Source: Eledone cirrhosa
Taxonomy: Eukaryota
DNA length: 64,000 bases
NCBI GenBank assembly: GCA_964016885.1
Contig: OZ024741.1
Coordinates: 406,472,001-406,536,000 of the forward strand
Direction of reading: 5' to 3'
Shown piece after piece: positions 1-13,749 of the stretch (its first letter is position 1; each line of letters begins with the position of its first letter). The notes under the pieces are model-generated. The model searched no databases and was not told where the DNA came from. It worked only from the letters and a program-made list of their open reading frames with translations. Made by a program: the position numbers and the translations under genes.

Positions 1-3000
1 ATGAATTAGGCTATGATACATATGGACTCCAGGTGTGCCATTTAATACAGGTGTGCCACAGGATTTTCACATGAATTAGGCTATGATAGATATGGACTCC
101 AGGTGTGCCATTTAATACAGATGTGCCACAGGATTTTCACATGAATTAGGCTATGATACATATGGACTCCAGGTGTGCCATTTAATACAGGTGTGCCACA
201 GGATTTTCACATGAATTAGGCTATGATACATATGGACTCCAGGTGTGCCATTTAATGCAGGTGTGCCACAGGATTTTCACATGAATTAGGCTATGATACA
301 TATGGACTCCAGCTGTGCCATTTAATACAGGTGTGCCACAGGATTTTCACATGAATTAGGCTATGATACATATGGACTCCAGGTGTGCCATTTAATACAG
401 GTGTGCCACAGGATTTTCACATGAATTAGGCTATGATACATATGGACTCCAGGTGTGCCATTTAATGCAGGTGTGCCACAGGATTTTCACACGAATTAGG
501 CTATGATACATATGGACTCCAGGTGTGCCATTTAATGCAGGTGTGCCACAGGATTTTCACATGAATTAGGCTATGATACATATGGACTCCAGGTGTGCCA
601 TTTAATACAGGTGTGCCACAGGATTTTCACATGAATTAGGCTATGATACATATGGACTCCAGGTGTGCCATTTAATGCAGGTGTGCCACAGGATTTTCAC
701 ATGAATTAGGCTATGATAGATATGGACTCCAGGTGTGCCATTTAATACAGGTGTGCCACAGGATTTTCACATGAATTAGGCTATGATACATATGGACTCC
801 AGGTGTGCCATTTAATACAGGTGTGCCACAGGATTTTCACATGAATTAGGCTATGATACATATGGACTCCAGGTGTGCCATTTAATACAGGTGTGCCACA
901 GGATTTTCACATGAATTAGGCTATGATACATATGGACTCCAGGTGTGCCATTTAATACAGGTGTGCCACAGGATTTTCACATGAATTAGGCTATGATACA
1001 TATGGACTCCAGGTGTGCCATTTAATACAGGTGTGCCACAGGATTTTCACATGAATTAGGCTATGATACATATGGACTCCAGGTGTGCCATTTAATGCAG
1101 GTGTGCCACAGGATTTTCACATGAATTAGGCTATGAGACATATGGACTCCAGGTGTGCCATTTAATGCAGGTGTGCCACAGGATTTTCACATGAATTAGG
1201 CTATGATACATATGGACTCCAGCTGTGCCATTTAATACAGGTGTGCCACAGGATTTTCACATGAATTAGGCTATGATACATATGGACTCCAGGTGTGCCA
1301 TTTAATACAGGTGTGCCACAGGATTTTCACATGAATTAGGCTATGATACATATGGACTCCAGGTGTGCCATTTAATACAGGTGTGCCACAGGATTTTCAC
1401 ATGAATTAGGCTATGATACATATGGACTCCAGGTGTGCCATTTAATGCAGGTGTGCCACAGGATTTTCACATGAATTAGGCTATGAGACATATGGACTAC
1501 AGGTGTGCCATTTAATGCAGGTGTGCCACAGGATTTTCACATGAATTAGGCTATGATACATATGGACTCCATGTGTGCCATTTAATACAGGTGTGCCACA
1601 GGATTTTCACATGAATTAGGCTATGATACATATGGACTCCAGGTGTGCCATTTAATGCAGGTGTGCCACAGGATTTTCACATGAATTAGGCTATGATAGA
1701 TATGGACTCCAGGTGTGCCATTTAATACAGGTGTGCCACAGGATTTTCACATGAATTAGGCTATGATAGATATGGACTCCAGGTGTGCCATTTAATACAG
1801 GTGTGCCACAGGATTTTCACATGAATTAGGCTATGATAGATATGGACTCCAGGTGTGCCATTTAATACAGGTGTGCCACAGGATTTTCACATGAATTAGG
1901 CTATGATAGATATGGACTCCAGGTGTGCCATTTAATACAGGTGTGCCACAGGATTTTCACATGAATTAGGCTATGATAGATATGGACTCCAGGTGTGCCA
2001 TTTAATACAGGTGTGCCACAGGATTTTCACATGAATTAGGCTATGATACATATGGACTCCAGGTGTGCCATTTAATACAGGTGTGCCACAGGATTTTCAC
2101 ATGAATTAGGCTATGATACATATGGACTCCAGGTGTGCCATTTAATACAGGTGTGCCACAGGATTTTCACATGAATTAGGCTATGATACATATGGACTCC
2201 AGGTGTGCCATTTAATGCAGGTGTGCCACAGGGTTTTCACATGAATTAGGCTATGATACATATGGACTCCAGCTGTGCCATTTAATACAGGTGTGCCACA
2301 GGATTTTCACATGAATTAGGCTATGAGACATATGGACTCCAGGTGTGCCATTTAATGCAGGTGTGCCACAGGATTTTCACATGAATTAGGCTATGATACA
2401 TATGGACTCCAGGTGTGCCATTTAATACAGGTGTGCCACAGGATTTTCACATGAATTAGGCTATGATACATATGGACTCCAGGTGTGCCATTTAATACAG
2501 GTGTGCCACAGGATTTTCACATGAATTAGGCTATGATAGATATGGACTCCAGGTGTGCCATTTAATACAGGTGTGCCACAGGATTTTCACATGAATTAGG
2601 CTATGATACATATGGACTCCAGGTGTGCCATTTAATACAGGTGTGCCACAGGATTTTCACATGAATTAGGCTATGATACATATGGACTCCAGGTGTGCCA
2701 TTTAATACAGGTGTGCCACAGGATTTTCACATGAATTAGGCTATGATACATATGGACTCCAGGTGTGCCATTTAATACAGGTGTGCCACAGGATTTTCAC
2801 ATGAATTAGGCTATGATACATATGGACTCCAGGTGTGCCATTTAATACAGGTGTGCCACAGGATTTTCACATGAATTAGGCTATGATACATATGGACTCC
2901 AGGTGTGCCATTTAATGCAGGTGTGCCACAGGATTTTCACATGAATTAGGCTATGAGACATATGGACTACAGGTGTGCCATTTAATGCAGGTGTGCCACA

Positions 3001-4488
3001 GGATTTTCACATGAATTAGGCTATGATACATATGGACTCCATGTGTGCCATTTAATACAGGTGTGCCACAGGATTTTCACATGAATTAGGCTATGATACA
3101 TATGGACTCCAGGTGTGCCATTTAATGCAGGTGTGCCACAGGATTTTCACATGAATTAGGCTATGATAGATATGGACTCCAGGTGTGCCATTTAATACAG
3201 GTGTGCCACAGGATTTTCACATGAATTAGGCTATGATAGATATGGACTCCAGGTGTGCCATTTAATACAGGTGTGCCACAGGATTTTCACATGAATTAGG
3301 CTATGATAGATATGGACTCCAGGTGTGCCATTTAATACAGGTGTGCCACAGGATTTTCACATGAATTAGGCTATGATAGATATGGACTCCAGGTGTGCCA
3401 TTTAATACAGGTGTGCCACAGGATTTTCACATGAATTAGGCTATGATAGATATGGACTCCAGGTGTGCCATTTAATACAGGTGTGCCACAGGATTTTCAC
3501 ATGAATTAGGCTATGATACATATGGACTCCAGGTGTGCCATTTAATACAGGTGTGCCACAGGATTTTCACATGAATTAGGCTATGATACATATGGACTCC
3601 AGGTGTGCCATTTAATACAGGTGTGCCACAGGATTTTCACATGAATTAGGCTATGATACATATGGACTCCAGGTGTGCCATTTAATGCAGGTGTGCCACA
3701 GGGTTTTCACATGAATTAGGCTATGATACATATGGACTCCAGCTGTGCCATTTAATACAGGTGTGCCACAGGATTTTCACATGAATTAGGCTATGATACA
3801 TATGGACTCCAGCTGTGCCATATAATACAGATGTGCCACAGGGTTTTCACATGGATTAGGCTATGATACATATGGACTCCAGCTGTGCCATATAATACAG
3901 GTGTGCCACAGGATTTTCACATGAATTAGGCTATGATAGATATGGACTCCAGGTGTGCCATTTAATGCAGGTGTGCCACAGGGTTTTCACATGAATTAGG
4001 CTATGATACATATGGACTCCAGGTGTGCCATTTAATGCAGGTGTGCCACAGGGTTTTCACATGAATTAGGCTATGATACATATGGACTCCAGGTGTGCCA
4101 TATAATACAGGTGTGCCACAGGGTTTTCACATGAATTAGGCTATGATACATATGGACTCCAGTTGTGCCATATAATACAGGTGTGCCACAGGATTTTCAC
4201 ATGAATTAGGCTATAATAGATATGGACTCCAGGTGTGCCATTTAATGCAGGTGTGCCACAGGATTTTCACATGGATTAGGCTATGATACATATGGACTCC
4301 AGGTGTGCCATTTAATACAGGTGTGCCACAGGGTTTTCACATGGATTAGGCTATGATACATATGGACTCCAGGTGTGCCATTTAATGCAGGTGTGCCACA
4401 GGGTTTTCACATGGATTAGGCTATGATACATATGGACTCCAGCTGTGCCATATAATACAGGTGTGCCACAGGGTTTTCACATGGATTA
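1..4488. repeat. 70-bp tandem satellite, ~64 copies (runs off window start)
   Basis: Unit ATGAATTAGGCTATGATACATATGGACTCCAGGTGTGCCATTTAATACAGGTGTGCCACAGGATTTTCAC recurs every 70 bp with only point variants; ends at ATGGATTA ~4488. Confidence 0.98.
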
Positions 4489-4744
4489 TAAATTCTTAAA
4501 TATTTAGAGAATTGGAAAATATTTAGAAATTTAGAGTGTTTTAATGCACTTTACCGTAACATGTGTGTTCAACTATTATTAAGCAAGCTTCGGGCGGTGA
4601 CTTGGCAGAATCGTTACAGCGTTGAGGAACATACATTGTGTATTTGTTCGTGTTCTTTATATTCTCACTTCAAATCTCTCCGAAGGTCAACTTTGTTGTT
4701 CATCCTTCTAAAAGAAAAGTCTAGAGTCTTTCTCGAGCTCGGAG

Positions 4745-4940
4745 GTTCATCAGGCCGGTGCTTACCCCGACTTCCATGGTATGAAGGGACCGAGAGTACA
4801 AGACTACCCCTTGGACAGGACGCCAGTCCATAGCCCAGTTAAACTCCAGCTATAGCTGGTACTCATTTTCAGCTGAGTATACTGGAGCAAAGTGAAATGT
4901 TTTGTCCAGGAATCGAGATGCAACACCCTTACCACTACAC
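4745..4940 (-). mobile_element. Degenerate SINE remnant (family B-related)
   Basis: Shares CTCATTTTCAGCTGAGTATACTGGAGCAAAGTGAAAT with the family B copies at ~9360 and ~62470. Confidence 0.5.
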
Positions 4941-5059
4941 TAAGTTCTTTCACGTTTATCTTTCTGGGGTCGATAAAATAAAGTACCAGTAATTACTGGT
5001 CTTCTGCCAAAAGTAGAAAAAATTATTGAGCAGACTTCCACAAGTCTGGTGAATTGGAA

Positions 5060-5103
<44 letters not shown>

Positions 5104-5445
5104 GTATAATAATTACCGGATTTGGTTTTACTGTACATTTTTTTTTTTTTTTTATCATTTGCATTCTGATTGCAAATCGACTTTACTTCTAATCACTGTG
5201 AGTTCGATGAAATGTCTATCAACAATATACTGGCGCTATACCTTACCTCCCCACCTCTTCAAAAGCAATCAACCTTTAGGAATAGCAAAATATATAATAA
5301 ATATCTATTATATTGTATATTTTTATTTGTTTGATCTTTGTAAAAGATGAACAAGAAAGTTAGTGTTCTCTTCTAGATAAAAGGTTCTACGTTATATTCA
5401 CCTCTAATATATACTTTTATATTATATATTTTTATATTATATTAT

Positions 5446-5626
5446 ATTGGCAGTATCGGTAGAGCGTCGGATGCCATGCTTTGACGTATAGAGTTACGGC
5501 TCTTGTCATTCTGAGTTCAAATCCCGCCGAGGTTAACTTTGCCTTTCATCCTTACGGGGTCGATAAAATAAAGTACCAGTAATACACTGGGTATTTGCTG
5601 GCCTTGTGCCAAAAGTGAAACAATTA
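5446..5626 (+). mobile_element. tRNA-derived SINE family A
   Basis: Pol III box A-like TGGCAGTATCGG and box B GAGTTCAAATCC, then CGCCGAGGTTAACTTTGCCTTTCATCCTTACGGGGTCGATAAAATAAAGTACCAG, a body repeated at least 7 times in the window. Confidence 0.85.
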
Positions 5627-7026
5627 TATTATATTATACTATATTGTATTATATTATATCATATTATATCATATTATATTATATTATATTGTACTATATT
5701 ATATTATAGTATACTATATTATATTATATTATACTATACTATACTATATTATATTATATTGTATTATATTATATTGTACTATATTATATTATAGTATACT
5801 ATATTATATTATATTATATCATATTATATTATATTATATTGTACTATATTATATTATATTATATCATATTATATTATATTGTACTAATATTATATTATAT
5901 TATATTATATTATATTATATTATATTATATTATATTATATTATATTATATTATATTGCATTATATTATATTGTACTATATTATATTATAGTATACTATAT
6001 TATATTATATTATATTATATTATATCATATTATATTATATTATATTGTACTATATTATATTATATTATATCATATTATATTATATTATATTGTACTATAT
6101 TATATTATATTATAGTATACTATATTATATTATATTATATTATATTATATTATATTATATCATATTATATTATATTATATTATATTGTACTATATTATAT
6201 TATAGTATACTATATTATATTATATTATATTATATTATATTATATTATATTATATTATATTATATTATATTATACTATATTATATTATATTATATTATAT
6301 TATATTATATTATATTGTACTATATTATATTATAGTATACTATATTATATTATATTATATTATATTATATTATATTATATTATATTATATTATATTATAG
6401 TATACTATATTATATTATATTATATTATATTATATTATATTATATTGTACTATATTATATTATAGTATACTATATTATATTATATTATATTATATTATAT
6501 TATATTATATTATATTATATTATACTATACTATATTATATTATATTATATTATATTATATTATATTATAATATATTATATTATATTATATTGTACTATAT
6601 TATATTATAGTATACTATATTATATTATATTATATTATATTATATTATATTATATTATATTATATTATATTATATTATATCATATTATATTATATTATAT
6701 TATATTATATTATATTATATTATATTATATTATATCATATTATATTATATTATATTATATTATATTATATTATATTATATTATATTATAATATATTATAC
6801 TATATTATATTGTATTATATTATATTGTACTATATTATACTATATTATATTATATTATAGTATACTATATTATATTATATTATATCATATTACATTATAT
6901 TATATTATATTATAGTATATTATATTATATTATATTATATTATATTATATTATAATATATTATACTATATCATATTGTATTATATTATATTGTACTATAT
7001 TATATTATAGTATATTATACTATATT
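5627..7026. repeat. (TATAT)n pentanucleotide array, ~1.4 kb, starting at the SINE tail
   Basis: Direct reading; source of the YYIIL pseudo-ORFs. Confidence 0.95.
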
Positions 7027-7340
7027 GCTTTTATTATTTTGTCGTATCTCGTTGACATTTTAACGGCCCAGGCTTTAACTAACATTACATTTCCATATGA
7101 ATAGATCGATGTCAAAAAATACAATGGTTATTGCTGCTGTTACCCAATTAGTGACCATATTGTGATTGAAAGGACAAGTTATGTCTCCGTCTTCACCTGT
7201 ATACCTGCATTTCTGTGTATGTATATATATAGATATATGTGTGTGTGTGACCATGTATTGTGTGTATATATGTGTGTATACATATTTTTTGTGTATATAT
7301 GTGCCAACATATATTATGGGTATATCTGTATGCGTGTATT

Positions 7341-7561
<221 letters not shown>

Positions 7562-8399
7562 GATATGGACATATTTTGTATGTATATATGTGTGAATATA
7601 TATTGTGTTTAACTGTATGCGTCTATTTGTGTGTGTAAATATATGTATGAGTATATATTGTGTGTATATACATTATGTGGATACATGTGTATATATATAT
7701 TGTGTATATATATATACGTGTGTGACCATATATTGTGTGTATATATATATGACTATATATTGTGTGTATATATGTGTTTATCTACGTATGAACATATGCT
7801 GTGTATATATATAAGTGTGTATATATATTGTGTATATATATATATATATATGTGTGTGGTGTGTAGGTACTGGAGACGATCGGTGTTGGTTATCTATGTA
7901 TGAACATATGCTGTATATATATATATACAGTATATATATATATTGTGTGAATATATATTGTGTATATATATTGTGTGTGTATATATATATGGTGTGTAGG
8001 TACCGGAGGCGATGGTGTTGGTTATTGTGTCTTTCCTATCAATTACCTAATTGGAAGCCATTTTGTTTTGGCCGGGGTTACAGTAAATCTTCTGATTACA
8101 CTGGTGTAGAATCAATTGAAGAGTTGAGGCCGGGGTGATTAAATCGTCTTTTCTTTACTTTGTATCTGGGAAATATCTTTGTAGCGTTCATTACATCTAC
8201 TACTATTTAAAGGATAAATGTATGGTCAGCTTTGACATGTCAGTAGAAAGAGAGAGAGAGAAGTAGAGAGATAGAGAGACAGGGAGAAAGAGAGAGAGAC
8301 AGAGACAGAGAGACAGAAAGAGAGAGAGAGGGAAGTAGGAGGAAAGAGAGAAAGCGAGAAAGAGAAAAGAGCGAGTATAATTGTGGATAATGTCGGATA

Positions 8400-8512
8400 A
8401 AGTGATTTGCAGTATTCGTTTCAGCTCTTCAGTTCAAATTCCGCCAATGTCAACTTTGCCTTTCATCCATTCGAGGTCGATAAAAAAATACCAGTCAATT
8501 ACTGGGGTCGAT
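8400..8512 (+). mobile_element. Older, diverged SINE family A copy
   Basis: AGTTCAAATTCCGCCAATGTCAACTTTGCCTTTCATCCATTCGAGGTCGATAAAAAAATACCAG aligns to the family A body. Confidence 0.7.
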
Positions 8513-9019
8513 TCTTCCTCTATATCTCTTTCTCACTTCCATTCTCTCACTCTTTATCCTTCTCTGGAAGCAATCTGCTGTGTTCAGACTTGGATATGAG
8601 TTGGGCTCTACCAGGTTTTACAAAAGTGTCCGAGAAACGTCTGTCAATCCAGCAGCCTAGCACTCCTTTAGCAGTTACGTGTGTATGTGTCTAGATATGC
8701 CCATGTATAATTGAGAAGAAGTAACATAAGGAATCTGGTGATTGCATCTTTTGGTTTTCGTCAAACAGATCAACTCTTATATATTCCAAAAAATGGGATC
8801 CGCTAAAAGGGGTTACTTAAAATACAAACAACATAGAGACTTCTTCAGCTGCGCCTTTATCGTGAAAGAGTTTCTAGGACCCATTATCACAATATTCAAG
8901 AAGCTAGATCGATCTAGGAAGCTATGAAGATCAATATACATTTGAACGTAAACGAAGCAGATTCCTTTAATTTTCTAACATCATTTGGTACCAATTTATT
9001 AATTTATTAAGGTAATGTG

Positions 9020-9500
9020 GTTGGTTTTTCACTAATCCTCGTAGGTCCCTCTCGGTCACAAATGACCATGAGTTTTGTACCTAGAAAGCTCTCCTCTGGG
9101 GCACAAGCCTGGGGAAGGTATGTTTGTATAAGACCAGCAGTCACCCATGCATGCCATTCTCCTCTCTCCATGACACCGATGTTGTTCATGGGAAAGGAAA
9201 GGGCTGATACAGCTTGGCACTATTGACGTCACAACGTATATTAGATATACACTCCATATTCTATATATGCACTAAAAAAATATATATATACACTATATAT
9301 GATGTTGTTCAAAGGAAAGACAATGGCTGATACAGCTTGACACCAGTGACGTCGCAACTCATTTCTACAGTTGAGTAAACTGGAGCAACGTGAAATAAAG
9401 TGTCTTGCTCAAGGACACAACGCATCACCCGGTCAGAGATTCGAACTCACAACCTTACCATTGTGAGCTGAACGCTTTAAACACAAAACCCTGCGCCTTC
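9020..9500 (-). mobile_element. tRNA-derived SINE family B with internal duplication
   Basis: Reverse strand starts GAAGGCGCAGGG..., has box B GAGTTCGAATC and the TGTCCTTGAGCAAGACACTTTATTTCACGTTGCTCC core also seen at 13134-13270 (+). Confidence 0.75.
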
Positions 9501-9799
9501 ATTTTTCACTGATACATATAAATTACTATTTTTTGTTGCTACTTATCCTGAAATAAAAGATCTGGAAGAAATAAAAGATTAATTCTGACTCTCTCCTCTT
9601 ATTACAGACAATTTTCAAAGGAAATTATTTAGTGTTCCACTCTTTTTCCGCTCGGTCCGTAACTACTAGGCTATTTTTCAATTACCTTATTAAAGAAGTG
9701 TTGAAATATATCCCAATAGCAATTCGCGTAATTATCGAAGAATGTCAGACTGTTATTTAGCAATAAATGAATACTTAGGAACTTTGCTACATAAATGGC

Positions 9800-9958
<159 letters not shown>

Positions 9959-10018
9959 GGTAGTGAGTAAGATATGCGAGACACACACACACACACATAT
10001 ATATACAACATACTTTGT

Positions 10019-10160
10019 GGCATATAGTTACGGTTCTTTATGATCTGAGTTCAAATCCCGCCGAGGTTAACTTTGCCTTTCATCCTTACGGGGTCGATAA
10101 AATAAAGTACCAGTAATGCACTGGGAAGTTGCTGGCCTTGTGCCAAAAGTAGGAACAATT
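10019..10160 (+). mobile_element. SINE family A, 5'-truncated
   Basis: Box B and body near-identical to 5446-5626. Confidence 0.85.
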
Positions 10161-10567
10161 ATATATATCCTTTATTATGACTAAGTAGTGAGTGTTGTTA
10201 ATCTGGAGTTTCGCCTGTGCAGTCACGGAGTCATTAGACATGACTTGTTTGATGACTCTGTGTGTACACAGGTGGCGTTGGGGTATTAGTAGTGGTGGGG
10301 GGGGGGGGGGGTAGTGGTGGGGGTGTTAGTGGTGGGGTGTTAGTGGTGGGGGTGTTAGTGTTGGTATTAGTGGTGGGGGTGTTAGTGGTGGTATTAGTGG
10401 TGGGGGTGTTAGTGTTGGTGCTGGTTGTGCTGGTGGTAGTGGTGATGTTTGTTGTGCTGGTGGTAGTGGTGGGTGTAGTAGTAGTGTTGTATGTATAAAT
10501 ATATTTCATTTACAAACAGGAACTGTAGCTATTCATCAGGAAGATTTAGTCGAAGACATTCAATTGT

Positions 10568-10990
10568 CTTCTTCTTTTTCTTCTTCTTCTTCTTCTTCTT
10601 CTTCTTCTTCTTCTTCTTCTTCTTCTTCTTCTTCTTCTTCTTCTTCTTCACCTTATTGCTGAGAGTCGTGGGGGCAGAGTCCTCAGACACTCCTTCCACT
10701 CCTTCACAAGCAACCGTCTCCAACTGATCCGGCTGGATCCCCAAGCGTGACCAGCCAAGCTCATGGATGTATGCAAACATCTAGCTCAGGGTCTTCTGTC
10801 AGTTGGATTTGCCCATTAATTTGTCCAGTGATTCTTTCCTGAGACATTCTAACCACCTGTCCATTGTATAGGAGCTGTGATCTCTCAATTCGGAGAGTGG
10901 CTTTACCTGGAGTGACTCTCTCATCTCCGTGCAATACACTTTACCGAGTGACGTTACACCAAAGACCTTTCAGAGGAATCCCATTCCAAT
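10568..10990 (-). mobile_element. Decayed LINE 3' end (RTE-like) with (GAA)n tail
   Basis: Minus strand reads fragments such as MGFL.KVFGVT, EMRESLQVKPL and GQVVRMSQER, resembling RTE C-termini, and ends in (GAA)n at 10568-10630. Confidence 0.45.
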
Positions 10991-11739
10991 TTTCTTCAAC
11001 TTAAATACATAAAGCTTATAAGATATTAACTATATTTGTATTAGGTGAGACATTAGCATTATCAATACAACATATGATAGTGTCACACGTTTTAGATAAT
11101 CAATAGGTATAAACCTATTGATACAAGGTACAGCAACAAAAATATAGAATTAAGAATTATTGATTTCTTCTCAAGATGTCTTACCTGTAATATATCGATT
11201 ATCTTTTGTTATATTTAACTGAAGCTGTTTTACCTGTTAATGTTGTAACGGGTAGATTTCTCTTCTAAAAAGAAATATTACAGACAGAAGCTTCTTACGT
11301 TTCTTGTGGTTGTTGTTGATGATGATGTGGAGGTGGGGGTGGGGTGGTGATAGTGGTGATGGTGATGATGTTGTTTTTGTTGGTAGTGGTAGTGAGGATG
11401 ATGGTGTTGTTGTTGTGGTGGTGGTGGTGGTGGTGGTAGTGGGTATTGGAGGCAGTCTTGTGTCGGTGGTGGTGATGGCGGTGGGGGTGTTGTGGGAGTG
11501 ATGGTGGTGGCGGTTGATGTGTTGGTGCTGTTGTTGTTGACGTTGTTGTTGGTTGTGTTGTTTAACCAAGGTTAACTACTAACGAGTACTTCCAGCCGTG
11601 ACCGTACCGTTTATTGAGCTAAATCAAGGTCTACATTCGATAAGATAAGATTTGGAAGAAAGTTGGTTGATGTTTAAAAGAATGGTTGTCTCGGTTACTG
11701 GATCTTTTAGATGTCACATATTCATGATTTTGGCTAGGT

Positions 11740-11779
<40 letters not shown>

Positions 11780-11914
11780 TCTCTCTCTCTCCCTCTCACT
11801 CTCTCTCCCTCTCTCCCCCTCTCTCTCTCTTATTATATATATATATATATATATTTATGTGTGAGTGTGTGTTTTTATATATATACATTCATATATATAT
11901 ATATATATATATAT

Positions 11915-12114
11915 ATAGGAAAAGGTTCAGGACCCCGACGGCAGAGCTCAAGCCGTTTCTACGGCTATTTCTGGAGTCCAGAAATAGCCGTAGAAACGGC
12001 TTGAGCTCTGCCGTCGGGGTCCTGAACCTTTTCCTATTACCCACTCTACTACCCTAAGTATCGAGTACTCTGATGCGTTATGGTCCACCTGGTTCCTTAC
12101 TACACTTCCTTCGT

Positions 12115-12115
<1 letters not shown>
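11915..12115. repeat. Fold-back element family C; perfect 61-bp-arm palindrome at 11915-12037
   Basis: ATAGGAAAAGGTTCAGGACCCCGACGGCAGAGCTCAAGCCGTTTCTACGGCTATTTCTGGA-G-reverse complement; related copies at 29681-29795, 41090-41222 and 45509-45712. Confidence 0.9.
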
Positions 12116-12160
<45 letters not shown>

Positions 12161-12556
12161 GTGAGTAACTAGTGGTTACTATCGGCGACACTGGTTGGAG
12201 CACTCAATACTGTTACTGTGTCCGTCTCTCATTGAGTTGTGCTCCAGGTTTAAGGCGGCTGTAGTTTGCAGAGTGTATATAATGTGACAATAAGAATTGC
12301 AGCTTCTTGTAAACTTTATTACATATTACAATTGTTTCCATATCGATCACCTTGGGTTTGATCATGTGATCGGATCCCGACTCTTAATCAACACTTCTTA
12401 ATTGATATGAGAGTTTACATGGGTGGTCCCATCCAAACCTATCTATCTAACCCCCGCTGTCACCTCTTGTAATGTCCCATTTCTTGTGAGACCTTCTGGC
12501 CAATAAAGAAACATATTTATCTATATATAGAGATAGATAGCTAGATAGAAAGAAAG

Positions 12557-12626
<70 letters not shown>

Positions 12627-12906
12627 AAATGGCGTGCTCGGTTGTTGCGAGTGTGATACATATGAATGAAAAATAGAGCGAGAAACGGGACTGTCCATCA
12701 TCAGTGATCTTCTGACTATCATCGGTATTTCTTCGCATTAAAGACAAGATACCTCAAAATCAGTGCGAACAATAACTAAAATAAGTTATTGGGACAGAGC
12801 GAATTGGGTGGAGAAAGAGGGACAGTAAACGAACAAAATAGTAATGCAACGTAAAGAGAGGAAATGACAGACAAGTCAATGATACATACATGTGAACTTA
12901 AGTTCA

Positions 12907-12951
<45 letters not shown>

Positions 12952-13064
12952 CTTTTTAGCTTTCTTTCTCTCTATATATATATATATATCTCCATTACGA
13001 GCGTCCTATCTCTCTTTTTCTTTCTTTCTATCTTTCTCTTTCTATTTCTCTAATTCGGTATTGG

Positions 13065-13133
<69 letters not shown>

Positions 13134-13135
<2 letters not shown>

Positions 13136-13270
13136 AGGCGTGTGGCTGAGTAGTTAGAGAATTGGATTCACAATCTTAAGGTATGAGTTCGATTCCTGGA
13201 CCAGGCGATGCATTACGTCCTTGAGCAAGACACTTTATTTCACGTTGCTCCTTCTACTTGGAGTTGCGAC
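13134..13270 (+). mobile_element. SINE family B, 5' part
   Basis: GGCGTGTGGCTGAGTAGTTAG (box A), GAGTTCGATTCC (box B), then GTCCTTGAGCAAGACACTTTATTTCACGTTGCTCC. Confidence 0.8.
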
Positions 13271-13429
13271 CGGTAGATAGTATTAGCAACTGGAAAGACC
13301 GACGGAAACATTGTTTCCTCGGTCCGATTTGACGAAAGTCGATATATGTGTCTACATACATATATATATATAGAGAGAGAGAGACGGAGAGAAATATTTT
13401 TATTTAATTACATAATAAACAACACAAAT

Positions 13430-13503
13430 TATTCCATTACCAAAGGTTTCAAGAAACTAGACGATCCTTACAGAAACGCCCAGCCCGTCCATCAGATGAA
13501 ATA
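13430..13503 (-). ncRNA. Type I hammerhead ribozyme motif (A9G variant) followed by a fold-back
   Basis: Minus strand: TATTTCAT-CTGATGG-(CTGGGCG/CGTCTAG stem II)-GAAA-CC TTT GG-TA-ATGGAATA; stem I is 8 bp with one G-U pair. Confidence 0.6.
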
Positions 13504-13605
13504 GATATCTATTTCATCTGATGAACGGGCTTATGCAATTAAATAGCTCTGTACAATACATAGAGCACTCTTCTTTGCCTTACCTTATCTACAGAAATAC
13601 TTAGC

Positions 13606-13638
<33 letters not shown>

Positions 13639-13749
13639 TAGAGAGGGGGGGTATGTGTGTAAATGTGTATAAGTATGTATCTGTGTGTGTATCTGTGTGA
13701 GTATGTGGGTGAATGAGTGTGTTCAGGGTGGAACCCAATATATATTTCA

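Noticed and set aside
1-4488. CRISPR-like array
   Set aside because: No unique spacers; contiguous 70-bp units in eukaryotic DNA, with no cas genes.
8700-8950. Coding-looking unique stretch
   Set aside because: Stops in the candidate frames and no recognisable motif.
12315-12400. Additional hammerhead (GAAA-CAATTG-TA on the minus strand)
   Set aside because: The 3' half resembles the pLTR HHR, but no convincing CUGANGA and stem I were found.
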